A DNA stretch of 64,000 nucleotides from Candidatus Doudnabacteria bacterium RIFCSPHIGHO2_12_FULL_48_16 (lineage in GTDB: Bacteria; Patescibacteriota; Doudnabacteria; UBA920; O2-02-FULL-48-8): the NCBI GenBank assembly GCA_001780035.1, contig MFEY01000004.1, positions 81,405 to 145,404 of the forward strand. The letters are read 5' to 3'. This document shows positions 8,829-18,673 of this stretch, piece by piece. The stretch's first letter is position 1, and the number at the start of each line of letters is the position of its first letter. The position numbers and the translations under genes are program-made. The notes beneath the pieces were generated by a model. The model saw nothing but the letters and a program-made list of their open reading frames with translations, was not told the DNA's origin and made no database searches.

Positions 8829-9389
8829 ATGAAGGAGTCGCAAAAATACTTAACAGTTCAAGTCCTCAAACTTTTAGGTATGGGGGTTACCTTGACAGCC
8901 GTATCTTTGCTGTCCCCCACTTTTGTCTACGGAGCCCTCAAACGCTATGTAAAATATCGTCTCAACCAACCATATAAACGGGAACAAATCCGCAAAGCGG
9001 TTAATTACTTAAAACAAAAACGCTTTATCGCTTATCAGACCAAATCGGCCAAGAAACTGATTATTTTAACCAAAGCCGGCCAGCGGCGTTTACTGGAACT
9101 AAAAATTCTGGAGCTGAAAATCAAAAAAATCTCCTGGGATCAGCAATGGCGACTTGTCACTTTTGATATTCCAGAAAACGACAAAGCGGCCCGGTTTCGC
9201 TTCTGTCGGATGCTAAAGGATTTAGGCTTTTTTCACTTCCAACGCAGTGTCTTCATCCTGCCATATGCATGCGACAAACAAATCAGCCTAATCACGGAAT
9301 ATCTTAAAATTGACGCTTACGTCCATATTTTGACAACCAAGCGATTTCGAAGTGACCATCAACTTATTAAGCATTTTAGGCTTAAATAG
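8829..9389 (+). CDS. PaaX-like protein (winged helix plus Cas2-like ferredoxin domain)
   Basis: LT..G...L followed by WDQQWRLVTFDIPE, LKDLGF..FQRSVF..PY. Confidence 0.85.
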   Translation: MKESQKYLTVQVLKLLGMGVTLTAVSLLSPTFVYGALKRYVKYRLNQPYKREQIRKAVNYLKQKRFIAYQTKSAKKLIILTKAGQRRLLELKILELKIKKISWDQQWRLVTFDIPENDKAARFRFCRMLKDLGFFHFQRSVFILPYACDKQISLITEYLKIDAYVHILTTKRFRSDHQLIKHFRLK

Positions 9390-9417
9390 CTTAGTGTGAT
9401 AAAATAAACCTTGACTT

Positions 9418-9444
9418 TGTAACACTTTGTCGGATAATAACGTC
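9418..9444 (+). promoter_or_regulatory. Putative ECF promoter TGTAAC-N17-CGTC
   Basis: Canonical AAC/CGT ECF geometry ending 7 nt before the sigma ATG (leaderless). Confidence 0.6.
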
Positions 9445-9451
9445 TCTATTT

Positions 9452-9994
9452 ATGACTGACTCGGAACTCAAACAATTCTTAGAAAGGGCCCAAAACGGCG
9501 ATAGCGCGGCATTTTCCCGCCTTTACGATGAATTTGCCGAAAAGCTATACCGCTTTATTTTCTTCCGCGTCGGCCACAAAGAAGTCGCCGAGGACCTCCT
9601 GTCCGACACTTTTGTCAAAGCTTGGCAAAAATTAAAACAAGTCAACTCCCCCGCGGCCATAACCGGCTGGTTCTACCAGATCGCCCGAAACAACATCATC
9701 GATTACTATCGGATCAAGAAAGATTTTGTCCCACTCGAAGAAGTGGCCGAATTTCTGGAAGACGCAGTCAACCCGATCGATACGATCAATCTGAATATGG
9801 ACCAGGCCAAAATTTTGGAACTGCTGGTCAAGCTGCCCGGTGAACAACGGCTCGTACTCCAATATAAATTTTTTGAAGACTTAACGAACGAAGAGATCGC
9901 CTACATCTTAAATAAAACCGAAGGCGCCATTCGTGTCATTCAGCACCGCGCGCTCATCAAATTGAAAGACTTAGTCAAACGCAAGTCCAAATAA
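9452..9994 (+). CDS. ECF RNA polymerase sigma factor
   Basis: AEDLLSDTFVKAW, WFYQIARN.IID..R and KTEGAIRVIQHRAL. Confidence 0.93.
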   Translation: MTDSELKQFLERAQNGDSAAFSRLYDEFAEKLYRFIFFRVGHKEVAEDLLSDTFVKAWQKLKQVNSPAAITGWFYQIARNNIIDYYRIKKDFVPLEEVAEFLEDAVNPIDTINLNMDQAKILELLVKLPGEQRLVLQYKFFEDLTNEEIAYILNKTEGAIRVIQHRALIKLKDLVKRKSK

Positions 9995-9995
9995 C

Positions 9996-11066
9996 ATGCC
10001 TAACGATCCGGAACAATTTATCGAACAAATGATCGAAGCCGCCAAACAACGGCAGGATCTTTCGGCATGGCAACACCATCGTGATCGCGAGACCTCGGAT
10101 CTGGCCAACCTGATTTTGGACTTAAGCTCTCTTCCCCGCCACCAGATTGAAATGCCAGACCTGGCCAAAATCCAAGGCCGGGTGCTAGACCGTATCAGCG
10201 TCCCTCAATCCGAACACCGCGGCATCTGGGCCAGTATCCCGAGTTTTCTCAAAATCGGCTCAGCCGTCTTCGGTTCACTGCTGATTGTGGTCAGTTTAAC
10301 CATGGGCGTGGCGGTCGCAGCTTTACAGAGCGGTCCGGACTCGGCCATTTATCCCTTAAAGAAGATCGTCGAAAATATCGAATTGCGATTAACTCCGGAG
10401 CAAGAAGTCGCCTCCCGGCAAATGCAGTTTGCTATAACTCGCGTGGAAGAAATACAGGCGGTCATCGAACAACAGCAACAAGGGCAGTTGAGCAACCAGG
10501 AAGCCAAGCAAATTATTTCTGCAACCGTCAAGGATTTGCAAAAATCCACCTCGGCGGCGGCCCGCAACACCAAAGCTCAGCCCAGATCAGCCATCGTCAA
10601 CAAACTGGCGGACATTAATAACAAATTGAAAATCGCGTCGATTAACAGTGAAGGGGAAGTCAGAATTGAAATCGAGAAAGCTCTGCAGTCAACCCAGGAT
10701 TCTCAAGCGGAAGCGATTAAGAATTTCGAGGAATCTGGCGTTAAAATCGCCAATCCCCCCTCTGATAACAACATCACCGCTTCCGGCAAATTGACTCAAG
10801 TTACCGAATCAACCGTTAACATCGGCACTGCCAAATTTTTGCTAACCAAAGAGACCAAATACGTCAACCTCAGCGCTGCTGATTTGAAGGCGGGATTAGT
10901 GGTTGACATTATCGGTCAAATCAAAGATAATAAGTCATACGCTGACCAAATAACGCTGATTGAACCCAAAGTTTCCGGGGAATCAACGGTTAGAACGGAA
11001 ATTATCAACCCAGAAATAGTTCCGCTGGATCCGAACAGTACCACAGAAACACAGACCGCGCACTAA
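9996..11066 (+). CDS. Single-TM putative anti-sigma factor (DUF5667/DUF5666-like)
   Basis: Directly follows the sigma gene. TM helix, then S.P...YPLK...E.I.L.L motif and C-terminal OB-like domain. Confidence 0.75.
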   Translation: MPNDPEQFIEQMIEAAKQRQDLSAWQHHRDRETSDLANLILDLSSLPRHQIEMPDLAKIQGRVLDRISVPQSEHRGIWASIPSFLKIGSAVFGSLLIVVSLTMGVAVAALQSGPDSAIYPLKKIVENIELRLTPEQEVASRQMQFAITRVEEIQAVIEQQQQGQLSNQEAKQIISATVKDLQKSTSAAARNTKAQPRSAIVNKLADINNKLKIASINSEGEVRIEIEKALQSTQDSQAEAIKNFEESGVKIANPPSDNNITASGKLTQVTESTVNIGTAKFLLTKETKYVNLSAADLKAGLVVDIIGQIKDNKSYADQITLIEPKVSGESTVRTEIINPEIVPLDPNSTTETQTAH

Positions 11067-11098
11067 ATTTTTCTAATTATGGCTTTGAGCCGTAATTA

Positions 11099-11127
11099 AC
11101 CCCCGCACCAAAAAGTTGGTAAGGGGT
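11099..11127. repeat. CCCGCAC-family hairpin (gene-less relative of the GIY-YIG element ends)
   Basis: ACCCCCGCACCAA AAAG TTGGTAAGGGGT. Confidence 0.5.
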
Positions 11128-11162
11128 AAATCCCTAAAAAGGAAAGAAACTCATATGCGAAC

Positions 11163-11189
11163 AAGGCCACGGGCAACCGTGGTCTTTTT
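11163..11189 (+). terminator. Intrinsic terminator
   Basis: AAGGCCACGG GCAA CCGTGGTC TTTTT. Confidence 0.75.
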
Positions 11190-11210
11190 CGTATAAAAAT
11201 TTTCTTCAAA

Positions 11211-11257
11211 TTAGAACTCCCCTCTCCCTCGACGGGAGAGGGGCCGGGGATGAGGGT
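11211..11257. repeat. BoxC-like pyrimidine/purine palindrome (solo arm)
   Basis: Nearly identical to 59181-59227 and similar to 45185-45230. Confidence 0.8.
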
Positions 11258-11313
11258 GAATATAGCTTTTCGGTTAAAAAAATGATAGAATTAAAAAAAG
11301 TATAAGCGACCCA

Positions 11314-11403
11314 GGTGGGGTCGCATAGTGGTTTAGTGCACCGGTCTTGAAAACCGGAGTCGGTTAACGCCGACCGCGAGTTCGAATCTCGCCCCCACCG
11401 CCA
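11314..11403 (+). tRNA. tRNA-Ser(TGA)
   Basis: GGTGGGG/CCCCACC acceptor stem, CCGGT-CTTGAAA-ACCGG anticodon arm, long variable arm, CCA. Confidence 0.97.
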
Positions 11404-11409
11404 AAAATT

Positions 11410-11919
11410 ATGCCGATTTCCAAAACTCCAATCAAACAATCCCCAAAACCGCGGCCCCGGGAAATTTCCTGGAAAACCCAAAGTAGCACTAATCCCAAGC
11501 GTTCGCTTGCCTGGTATGTCATTTTCATCATTTTGTCGTTAGCCGCCCTGACGTTCGCCATATTTTACTCCGAAAGCATTATTACCGTCATTACCTTCAG
11601 TTTGATCATTTTGGTGGTTCTGACCTTGTCCTTCATCACCCGGACGGAAACAACCTATCGACTGAGCCCCCTGGGAATCAGCGCCGGGCGGATGATTTAT
11701 CCTTACAAAACCATTAAGAAATTTTGGATTAACTACCGGCCGCCGGAAGTTAAAACCCTCAATCTCGAAACCACTGCCTATATCAACAATATTATCGCGA
11801 TCCAGTTAGGCAATCAGGATCCCGTGGCGGTGAAGCAATTTCTGGCACAATATCTGCGCCAGGATCTCGATCATGAAGAAACCGCTGCCGAGATCCTGGC
11901 CAGGCGTCTGAAAATTTGA
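11410..11919 (+). CDS. Conserved hypothetical 2-TM membrane protein
   Basis: Two TM helices followed by a bPH-like beta region (Y.LS..GI......YPY..IKKFWI). Confidence 0.75.
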   Translation: MPISKTPIKQSPKPRPREISWKTQSSTNPKRSLAWYVIFIILSLAALTFAIFYSESIITVITFSLIILVVLTLSFITRTETTYRLSPLGISAGRMIYPYKTIKKFWINYRPPEVKTLNLETTAYINNIIAIQLGNQDPVAVKQFLAQYLRQDLDHEETAAEILARRLKI

Positions 11920-11949
11920 TATAGTATCAATCCAGTTCGCCCTCATCCC

Positions 11950-12213
11950 TTGTCCGGATTCGTTTATATACTTAAAGATGATCTAAATAAATATTATATT
12001 GGTAGTTGCGAAGATATTGATATTCGGCATAAAAGGCATTTAACTGGTTGGGTTCACACGACAAACCGAATGGAAAATCCGCGTGTAGTATTTTCTCAAC
12101 AATATCCTACAATCGAAGAAGCTCGAAAAATTGAACAAAGGCTTAAAAAACTAAAAAGAAAAGATTATATTACAAAGATTATTAATGATGGATATATCAA
12201 AATAAAACCATAA
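11950..12213 (+). CDS. GIY-YIG nuclease family protein
   Basis: FVYIL...YYIGSC.DI..R...H..G and EARKIE..LK.LK. AT-rich, TTG start. Confidence 0.88.
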   Translation: MSGFVYILKDDLNKYYIGSCEDIDIRHKRHLTGWVHTTNRMENPRVVFSQQYPTIEEARKIEQRLKKLKRKDYITKIINDGYIKIKP

Positions 12214-12222
12214 TCACTATAA

Positions 12223-12297
12223 GCACCTGTCGTTCAACGGATAGGACTCAAGCTTGCGGAGCTTGTAATCGAGGTTCGATTCCTCGCGGGTGCACCA
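12223..12297 (+). tRNA. tRNA-Arg(GCG)
   Basis: GCACCTG/CGGGTGC acceptor stem, CAAGC-TTGCGGA-GCTTG anticodon arm, GGTTCGATTCC, CCA. Confidence 0.95.
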
Positions 12298-12371
12298 GAA
12301 ATATCCATTCGGCGGCACTTTTGGCCGTTTTAATTTTGCCTGCCTGCCAGTAGGCAGGTTATAATTCAACT

Positions 12372-14411
12372 ATGTTTGATCTCTCAACCCCCATTGAACA
12401 ACTATATCTGGTCGGGCCGGCTCGGGCCAAGCTCCTAAAAAATCTCGGGATCCATACCCTGGAAGACCTGCTTTTTTACTTCCCCCGGGGTCACCACGAT
12501 CTGTCTAAATTCAGCCGGATTGGCGAACTTAAGCTGGGCGAAACGGCCAATGTCAAAGTTAAAATATTGGAGAGTAAAACCTTCCGCACCAAAGTCCGGC
12601 GTCTAACCATTACCCAAGCGCTGGTGGAAGACGAAAGCGGCAGTATTCTGTGCGTCTGGTTCAACCAGCCTTATCTGGCCAAGGTCTTTCACCCGCGCGA
12701 AGAATTTATTTTTTCAGGCAAAGTGGTGGCCAGTAAAAATAAGCTGCAGCTGCAAAACCCCATTTATGAGCCGGTGCGGGACGAACAAGTCCACACCTCC
12801 CGCCTAGTACCGCTCTATGGCCTGACCGCCAATTTGACCCAAAAGCAGTTGCGTAGCATTATCAAGCTATATTTGGATAAGGTGCCGATTCCGGAATACT
12901 TACCCGCTCTGATATTAAAATCAGAAAACCTACTGGGCGAAACGGCCGCCGTCAGGCAGTTCCATTTTCCCGCCGATTACGCCGCCCTCAACAGCGCTCA
13001 AACGCGCTTGGCCTTTGATGAAATTTTCCAAACCCAGCTGCGCGTCCTGCGATACAAAAAATCCCGGGAACAAAACCGCGGCATCGTGATCCCCTTGGAC
13101 CCCGGGCTGGATCAAAAAATCGAATCACTTCCGTTTAAACTGACGCTAAGCCAAAAGGAGGCTTTGGCGGAAATCATCGAAGACTATCAGCGTCCCTATC
13201 CGGCCAACCGGCTGTTGGAAGGAGATGTTGGTAGCGGCAAGACGATTGTCGCGGCTCTGACTATGTGGCTAGCGGCCCAAAACGGGCTCCAGACGGCTTT
13301 GTTGTGCCCAACAGAGGTCCTCGCCAGCCAACACTATGCCAATCTGCTTAAATTATTCCTAAATGACGGACTGGACGTGGCGATTCTGACTTCCTCCCAA
13401 GCCAAACTCAACGGCAATCCGGTTTCCAGGCCGACCGTACTGGCTGCGATTCAAAACGGCAAATCAAAGATAGTCATCGGGACCCATGCCCTGCTGGAGC
13501 CACAGATTCGTTTCAAGACATTGTCCGTGATAGTAATCGACGAACAGCACCGGTTTGGGGTCCAGCAGCGATCCTGGCTCAAACACGACAGTCCCGCCCA
13601 CTTGTTAACGATGTCAGCCACGCCCATCCCCCGCACCCTGGCCCTGACCTTATACGGCGATTTGGATATTTCGATTCTCAAAGAGTTGCCGGCGGGCCGC
13701 CAGAAAATCCTGACCAAAATCGTCTCCGAACAGAATCGGGCCAAGGCCTACGAATTCATTGCCAAACAAATCGAAGCTGGCCGCCAGGCCTTCGTGATTT
13801 GCCCGTTGATTGAGGAGTCGGATAAACTGGAGGTCAAATCCGCCACGGCCGAATACAAAAAACTGGCGGCAGACGTATTTCCGCAGCTGAGAATCGGGCT
13901 CCTACACGGCAAGCTCAAGCCGGTGGAAAAAGAGCAGGTTATGCAAAAATTTAAGGACAACGAGTTGCAAATTCTGGTCTCCACTTCGGTCATTGAAGTC
14001 GGAGTGGATATAGCCAATGCAACCGTGATGATGATCGAAGGGTCAGAACGCTTCGGCCTGGCCCAACTGCATCAATTCCGGGGTCGGGTCGGCCGGAGCG
14101 ATCACAAATCCTACTGCTTTCTTTTTTCCAACGATCCCGAAGCGGAAAAAAATCCTCGACTGAAAGCCTTGGTGGAAAATTCCAACGGATTCGAATTGGC
14201 CGAAAAGGACCTGGCCATCCGAGGCGGCGGCGACCTGTATGGCACCCAGCAATCGGGCTATGATTTTAAAATTGCAACGCTCTCCAACCTGGATTTGGTC
14301 CAGCGCTCGCGTCGCTATGCCCAAGCCCTGATCAACGAAGATTTGACCCTAAATTCTCACCCCTTGCTAAAACAAAAAATCGACCGCGCGCCGGCGGTCC
14401 ATTTGGAATAA
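12372..14411 (+). CDS. recG: ATP-dependent DNA helicase RecG
   Basis: RLLEGDVGSGKT, IDEQHRFGV, MSATPIPRTL and QLHQFRGRVGR. Confidence 0.98.
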   Translation: MFDLSTPIEQLYLVGPARAKLLKNLGIHTLEDLLFYFPRGHHDLSKFSRIGELKLGETANVKVKILESKTFRTKVRRLTITQALVEDESGSILCVWFNQPYLAKVFHPREEFIFSGKVVASKNKLQLQNPIYEPVRDEQVHTSRLVPLYGLTANLTQKQLRSIIKLYLDKVPIPEYLPALILKSENLLGETAAVRQFHFPADYAALNSAQTRLAFDEIFQTQLRVLRYKKSREQNRGIVIPLDPGLDQKIESLPFKLTLSQKEALAEIIEDYQRPYPANRLLEGDVGSGKTIVAALTMWLAAQNGLQTALLCPTEVLASQHYANLLKLFLNDGLDVAILTSSQAKLNGNPVSRPTVLAAIQNGKSKIVIGTHALLEPQIRFKTLSVIVIDEQHRFGVQQRSWLKHDSPAHLLTMSATPIPRTLALTLYGDLDISILKELPAGRQKILTKIVSEQNRAKAYEFIAKQIEAGRQAFVICPLIEESDKLEVKSATAEYKKLAADVFPQLRIGLLHGKLKPVEKEQVMQKFKDNELQILVSTSVIEVGVDIANATVMMIEGSERFGLAQLHQFRGRVGRSDHKSYCFLFSNDPEAEKNPRLKALVENSNGFELAEKDLAIRGGGDLYGTQQSGYDFKIATLSNLDLVQRSRRYAQALINEDLTLNSHPLLKQKIDRAPAVHLE

Positions 14412-15443
14412 CTATTTACTGACGACATGAAGATTGCCGTCGCCGGTATTGATAAAAAACAAACTGCTGCCAATCAACATTAGGTTTTTGGCAAAAATCT
14501 GCTGGTCGGATGAAAAAAAGTCATTCTGACGAAAGGTCAAAAGATCTTCCGTAAGAAAATCGTCCCCGCCGCCGTCTTTTTTGGGAATGGCAGCATAGAC
14601 CGTTTTGCCTTCCTTGTCGACCACTATCTTGTCCAGAGAAGTGTTCAGGTCCAGATCCGTCGCCTGTTTGCTGATCATATCAAATAAATAAACCCGCGGG
14701 TAAGCCGTAATCGCGCTTTGGGAAAATAAAAACCGGTTGGCTGAAATCCAGATTGCCTCCAGATTTTTGCCCGAATCAATTACCGTTAGAATTTCTCCTG
14801 TTTCCAAATTGACCGAATAAATCTTATTGACATTCCCGTCAACGATTGAACGGTAAAGCAAGGCGGTTTTGCCGTCCGGAGAAACTTTAATCTGTAAATC
14901 CGGCCAAAAGACGTCTTTAATTATAACAAAACCCGTGCCATCGCCATTGGCCATGGCCAGCTGCTGATGTTGATTGTCGGCTGATTGCCAGATATAAACG
15001 ATGCGCCGGCTATCCGGCATCCAATCGAGGCTTTTTATGTTGGCTGGCAGGGTAGTATAAACTTTTTTCTGGCTATTATAGTAGTCCTTGATTTCGCCGG
15101 TTGAACCCGAAGATATGGCAATAAAATCTTCGCCGGCCTGCGGCCATAAAATTTTTCGGATTGTGCCGGAAAGCAGCGGCAACGGATATTCGGTCAAACC
15201 TTCACCGTCGAGGTTGATCCGAAACAGCCGTCCTTCAGCATTAAAATACCAAATTCCTCCATTGTTTATCGCTGGAATTGGCGAAACCACCCGGTCGTTG
15301 CCGATTTTTTTTATTTGCGGCGCCGCGGCAATTGGTGGTTTGGTTTGATTTTTTACTTTCATGGCCCAAACCAAAAGCCCGCCGATAACGGCTAAAATCA
15401 ATGCTCCGATTGCCGCGATAATAACAAATTTGCGATTCATCAT
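14412..15443 (-). CDS. Membrane-anchored beta-propeller (TolB-like) protein
   Basis: TM helix after MMNRK, with WMPDSRRIVY and VSPDGK blade motifs. Confidence 0.75.
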   Translation of the reverse strand: MMNRKFVIIAAIGALILAVIGGLLVWAMKVKNQTKPPIAAAPQIKKIGNDRVVSPIPAINNGGIWYFNAEGRLFRINLDGEGLTEYPLPLLSGTIRKILWPQAGEDFIAISSGSTGEIKDYYNSQKKVYTTLPANIKSLDWMPDSRRIVYIWQSADNQHQQLAMANGDGTGFVIIKDVFWPDLQIKVSPDGKTALLYRSIVDGNVNKIYSVNLETGEILTVIDSGKNLEAIWISANRFLFSQSAITAYPRVYLFDMISKQATDLDLNTSLDKIVVDKEGKTVYAAIPKKDGGGDDFLTEDLLTFRQNDFFSSDQQIFAKNLMLIGSSLFFINTGDGNLHVVSK

Positions 15444-15454
15444 ATTGATTAAAT

Positions 15455-16828
15455 TTAATCGGTCGGCGGCGGATTCGGAAACGGCGCGCAATAACTGCCG
15501 GTCGGCGGCGTGGGAATATTGAATTCCACATGCACGTGCCCGGCGGTGGCGTTACGGGCAGGATTATGATATTCATCCAGCGTATTGGTCGCCGCGCCAT
15601 TGGGGAAATATCTTTGCGCGATGGCGAATAACCTGGCTATCCGGCCGTCTTGGTAGCCGGGCGGCAATGAATGAGTGTTTTGGTTCCAAGGCACGGTGGG
15701 ATTCCGCAAAGAAATATCCACGGCCTCGCCGCGACTATGGGCTGACGTTGTGCCGCTGGCCGTTTCTCCGTCCCCACGAAAGGCGCTGGTTATGGTGATT
15801 GAAAGCCCGGCCGCAGCAGCATCATTGGAAATTTGCTGAATCTTAACCAGCATACACTGTCTGACTCTGGGGTCGGACGTTCCCGGATCAACGCTGACTC
15901 CGCTCAATGCCACCAAATCAGATGGCTCCCAATCAAAACTGCCTGAAGCTCCGCCGCCGCCGCTCGCTCCCCCGCCAAAATTAGTGATGGCCAGCTTGGC
16001 GCAGATATCAACCGGAATGGCGCCGGTCCAACTGCCGACCTTGGAAACAACGCGGGCGGATAAGCCAGTTAAGCCCTTTTCGTTACACTTGCCAACCATG
16101 GCTGTAAATATAAACATCACTAGGGCGAAGAAGATTATTAGGCCCAGGATAATGAGCAGCGCGGGACCCCAAAATTCGACAGTCCCGGCAGCCACTCCAG
16201 CAGCTTCTGCGCCTTCGGCCGCTGTGGCCGCGCCGGCTGCCGCGCCGCCTTCGGCAGCGCCTGCAGCTTCCGCGCCCTCCATGCCGGCTTCTTCCGCTCC
16301 CATACTTTCCGCTTCAGCCGATTCAGCTTCTGCTTCCGGATTTTGGTCCTCGGATTGATTCTCTCCCTCTCCCTCTTCTTCATCTCCCTCTTCCTTGTCT
16401 TCGTCCTCGCCGCCTTCCTCATCCGCATTTTCTTTCTCCGGCTCTTCTTCCTCGTTTGATTCTTCCTGCTCTTCCGGCTCCGATTCTTCTTCAGATTCTT
16501 CTTCGGAAGGTTTTTTCTCAGGTTGGGGTTGTTCCTGCGGCCGCGGTTGTTCTTCCTGACTGGATTGCCGGCGGGTCTCGTCATCCAGGCGATCAGTAAT
16601 CTTAACCTTCCCCTCCGACCTGAGTCGAAGCTCCAGTATTTCTTTTTGTTGCAAATCTAAAAGAGTATCTTGACGAAGCTGTTCCTCGGCCTCTTGCAGG
16701 ATCCGCATCTCTTCTACTGACGGACCGGAAGCCTTCAATTTTTCCACAAACCAGTCATTGGCAGCAGCTAAGTCATCCTGTGGTTTGACCTCGTCCGTAG
16801 AATCTTCTTCCAGCGCATTATTGGCCAT
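15455..16828 (-). CDS. Acidic low-complexity N-terminus, TM helix and C-terminal M15-type (Hedgehog/DD-peptidase) Zn domain
   Basis: E-rich tract, then ITSAFR...SAHSRGEAVDIS...GHVHVEF. Confidence 0.75.
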   Translation of the reverse strand: MANNALEEDSTDEVKPQDDLAAANDWFVEKLKASGPSVEEMRILQEAEEQLRQDTLLDLQQKEILELRLRSEGKVKITDRLDDETRRQSSQEEQPRPQEQPQPEKKPSEEESEEESEPEEQEESNEEEEPEKENADEEGGEDEDKEEGDEEEGEGENQSEDQNPEAEAESAEAESMGAEEAGMEGAEAAGAAEGGAAAGAATAAEGAEAAGVAAGTVEFWGPALLIILGLIIFFALVMFIFTAMVGKCNEKGLTGLSARVVSKVGSWTGAIPVDICAKLAITNFGGGASGGGGASGSFDWEPSDLVALSGVSVDPGTSDPRVRQCMLVKIQQISNDAAAAGLSITITSAFRGDGETASGTTSAHSRGEAVDISLRNPTVPWNQNTHSLPPGYQDGRIARLFAIAQRYFPNGAATNTLDEYHNPARNATAGHVHVEFNIPTPPTGSYCAPFPNPPPTD

Positions 16829-16831
16829 CTC

Positions 16832-18667
16832 CTATTCTCCTGTCACCGCTTGGGTTTGTTGCGCCTGCAGTTCTTTTTTCGCTTCCTCGATCTCGAGGGC
16901 CCGTTTGGGGTCAGTTGTAATTATCTGGTCTTCCATATAGGAAGCGATAATTTTGATCGCCACGTGCTTAATCCCGGCAAAAAATATTCCTTCCCCGACA
17001 TCGGATTCCAGCAGCAGATATTTTTCGCCTTCAGTTAAGAAGAAAGTTTTGGCAATCAGATCCACCGCAGCCGGCGATTGTTTCAACAGCAGCTGAATGG
17101 AGGAATTAGTGACAATTGGCTTGCCGTAAGGGCTTTGTAAAAAGTCGGTAACGTCCTGGGTGATGGTGGTCACGCCCAAATAATATTTGCGGGCGCGCTT
17201 CGCCATGCCGAATAAAAACTTAGCGGAATCATCATGCTGCATCATCCACCAGGCTTCATCTATGACCAAGATGCGTTTTTTGAGCGATGACCGCACGACG
17301 TTCCAGATGTAATTCAAAATGACGTAAATGGCAATTGGCCGGAGCGTATCTTCCAAATCCCGCACCGAAAATACGGCCAGCTGGTTATTTAGATTGATAT
17401 TGGTGGGCTGATTGAAGATGCCGCTGAATGTCCCTTGGGTATATTTGGTCAGCCGCTGCGCCAACGATTCGCCGCCGACCATGCCGGATAAAATTTCAAC
17501 CAGATCCTGCATAATCGGCGGTTCAATATTGTTGAAATTGGAGTTAGCCGTAATGTCTTTTTTGGCATAAGTTTCCCAAAGAGCACGATCCATAATCGCC
17601 TCTTCCGTAGGATCCAGTTTGCCCAACATTAAATTCATGAGCCCCAAAAGGCTGACGACCGCGGCCCGCAGGACATCTTCATTAGTCTCGCCTTCGATGC
17701 CGCGCGGCAAATCAAACGGATTAACCCGGGAATCCGAGTTGAGCGAGATATTGAGGAAGCTGCCGCCGACGGAATCGGACAAATGCTTATATTCGTTTTC
17801 CGGGTCGATGGCGATGACGTCCGCACCAAGCATTAAGGAGCGCAGAATTTCCAGCTTGACCGCGTAACTTTTACCACTGCCCGATTTGGCGAAAACAACG
17901 GAATTGGCGTTTTCCATCTGGAAGCGGTCAAACAAGATCAAACTGTTATTGTGCCGGTTGATTCCATAAAGAATCCCGTCGTTCGAGGTCAGTTCCGAAG
18001 AGACAAAGGGAAACGTCGTTGACAGCGGCTCGGTATTCATATTGGCGGCGATCGCCAGCTCGTCATTGCCGAGCGGTAAGGTGGAATTAAAACCCTGCTC
18101 CATCTGCAGCACGGCGGGCTTGGCGATGATTAATTTCGAGCCAAGCAGCGACTCGAGCGTGGAAGAAAGCTGGTCGAGTTCTTTGAGATCCCCGGCATAA
18201 ACCGTAAAGTAAATAGAGAAACGGAAATATCGTTCCGTGCCTTGCTGCAGCTTGTCCCGCAAAGATTCCACGTCCTGAAAGGCGGTTTGCATCATCGGAT
18301 CGCGGACGTTGCCTTTTTCCTGGCTGATCCGCATGCTGGCTTCGATGCGGCCAACCTGGCTTTTGAGCTTCTTCATAATCTCATCGGTCGACATCGGATA
18401 AATAAACTGGGCCATATCCATTTCCGCATCCATGTTGATGATCGGCGACAGCCAATCAACGGAAACGAACCGCGGGTAAGCCAACACGAAAAATGACCGG
18501 GCAAATTTGCCGGAAATCTCGACCGTATTCTGGCCGACCCGGAATGCCGCCGGAGCAATCAGGTCTTTGAGGGTATTAAGCCCCTCTTTATATTCCCGCT
18601 CCTTCTGCAGGATTTGCCGCTGCAAATCCCGGTTCGGATCGATCGATTGTGATTTAAATAGCGCCAT
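16832..18667 (-). CDS. virB4: VirB4/TraC-like ATPase (DUF87)
   Basis: FAKSGSGKSY Walker A, IDPENEY, LVIDEAW and KRARKY..GVTTITQD. Confidence 0.92.
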   Translation of the reverse strand: MALFKSQSIDPNRDLQRQILQKEREYKEGLNTLKDLIAPAAFRVGQNTVEISGKFARSFFVLAYPRFVSVDWLSPIINMDAEMDMAQFIYPMSTDEIMKKLKSQVGRIEASMRISQEKGNVRDPMMQTAFQDVESLRDKLQQGTERYFRFSIYFTVYAGDLKELDQLSSTLESLLGSKLIIAKPAVLQMEQGFNSTLPLGNDELAIAANMNTEPLSTTFPFVSSELTSNDGILYGINRHNNSLILFDRFQMENANSVVFAKSGSGKSYAVKLEILRSLMLGADVIAIDPENEYKHLSDSVGGSFLNISLNSDSRVNPFDLPRGIEGETNEDVLRAAVVSLLGLMNLMLGKLDPTEEAIMDRALWETYAKKDITANSNFNNIEPPIMQDLVEILSGMVGGESLAQRLTKYTQGTFSGIFNQPTNINLNNQLAVFSVRDLEDTLRPIAIYVILNYIWNVVRSSLKKRILVIDEAWWMMQHDDSAKFLFGMAKRARKYYLGVTTITQDVTDFLQSPYGKPIVTNSSIQLLLKQSPAAVDLIAKTFFLTEGEKYLLLESDVGEGIFFAGIKHVAIKIIASYMEDQIITTDPKRALEIEEAKKELQAQQTQAVTGE

Positions 18668-18673
18668 GGGTAT

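Noticed and set aside
8829-9389. Cas2 / CRISPR-Cas locus
   Set aside because: The Cas2-like motif is part of a PaaX-type protein. There is no cas1 and no repeat-spacer array in the window.
11206-11481. ORFs over structural RNAs or repeats (also 53734-54006 and 49300-49491)
   Set aside because: They overlap tRNA-Ser, tmRNA or MITE/T-box sequence and are spurious.
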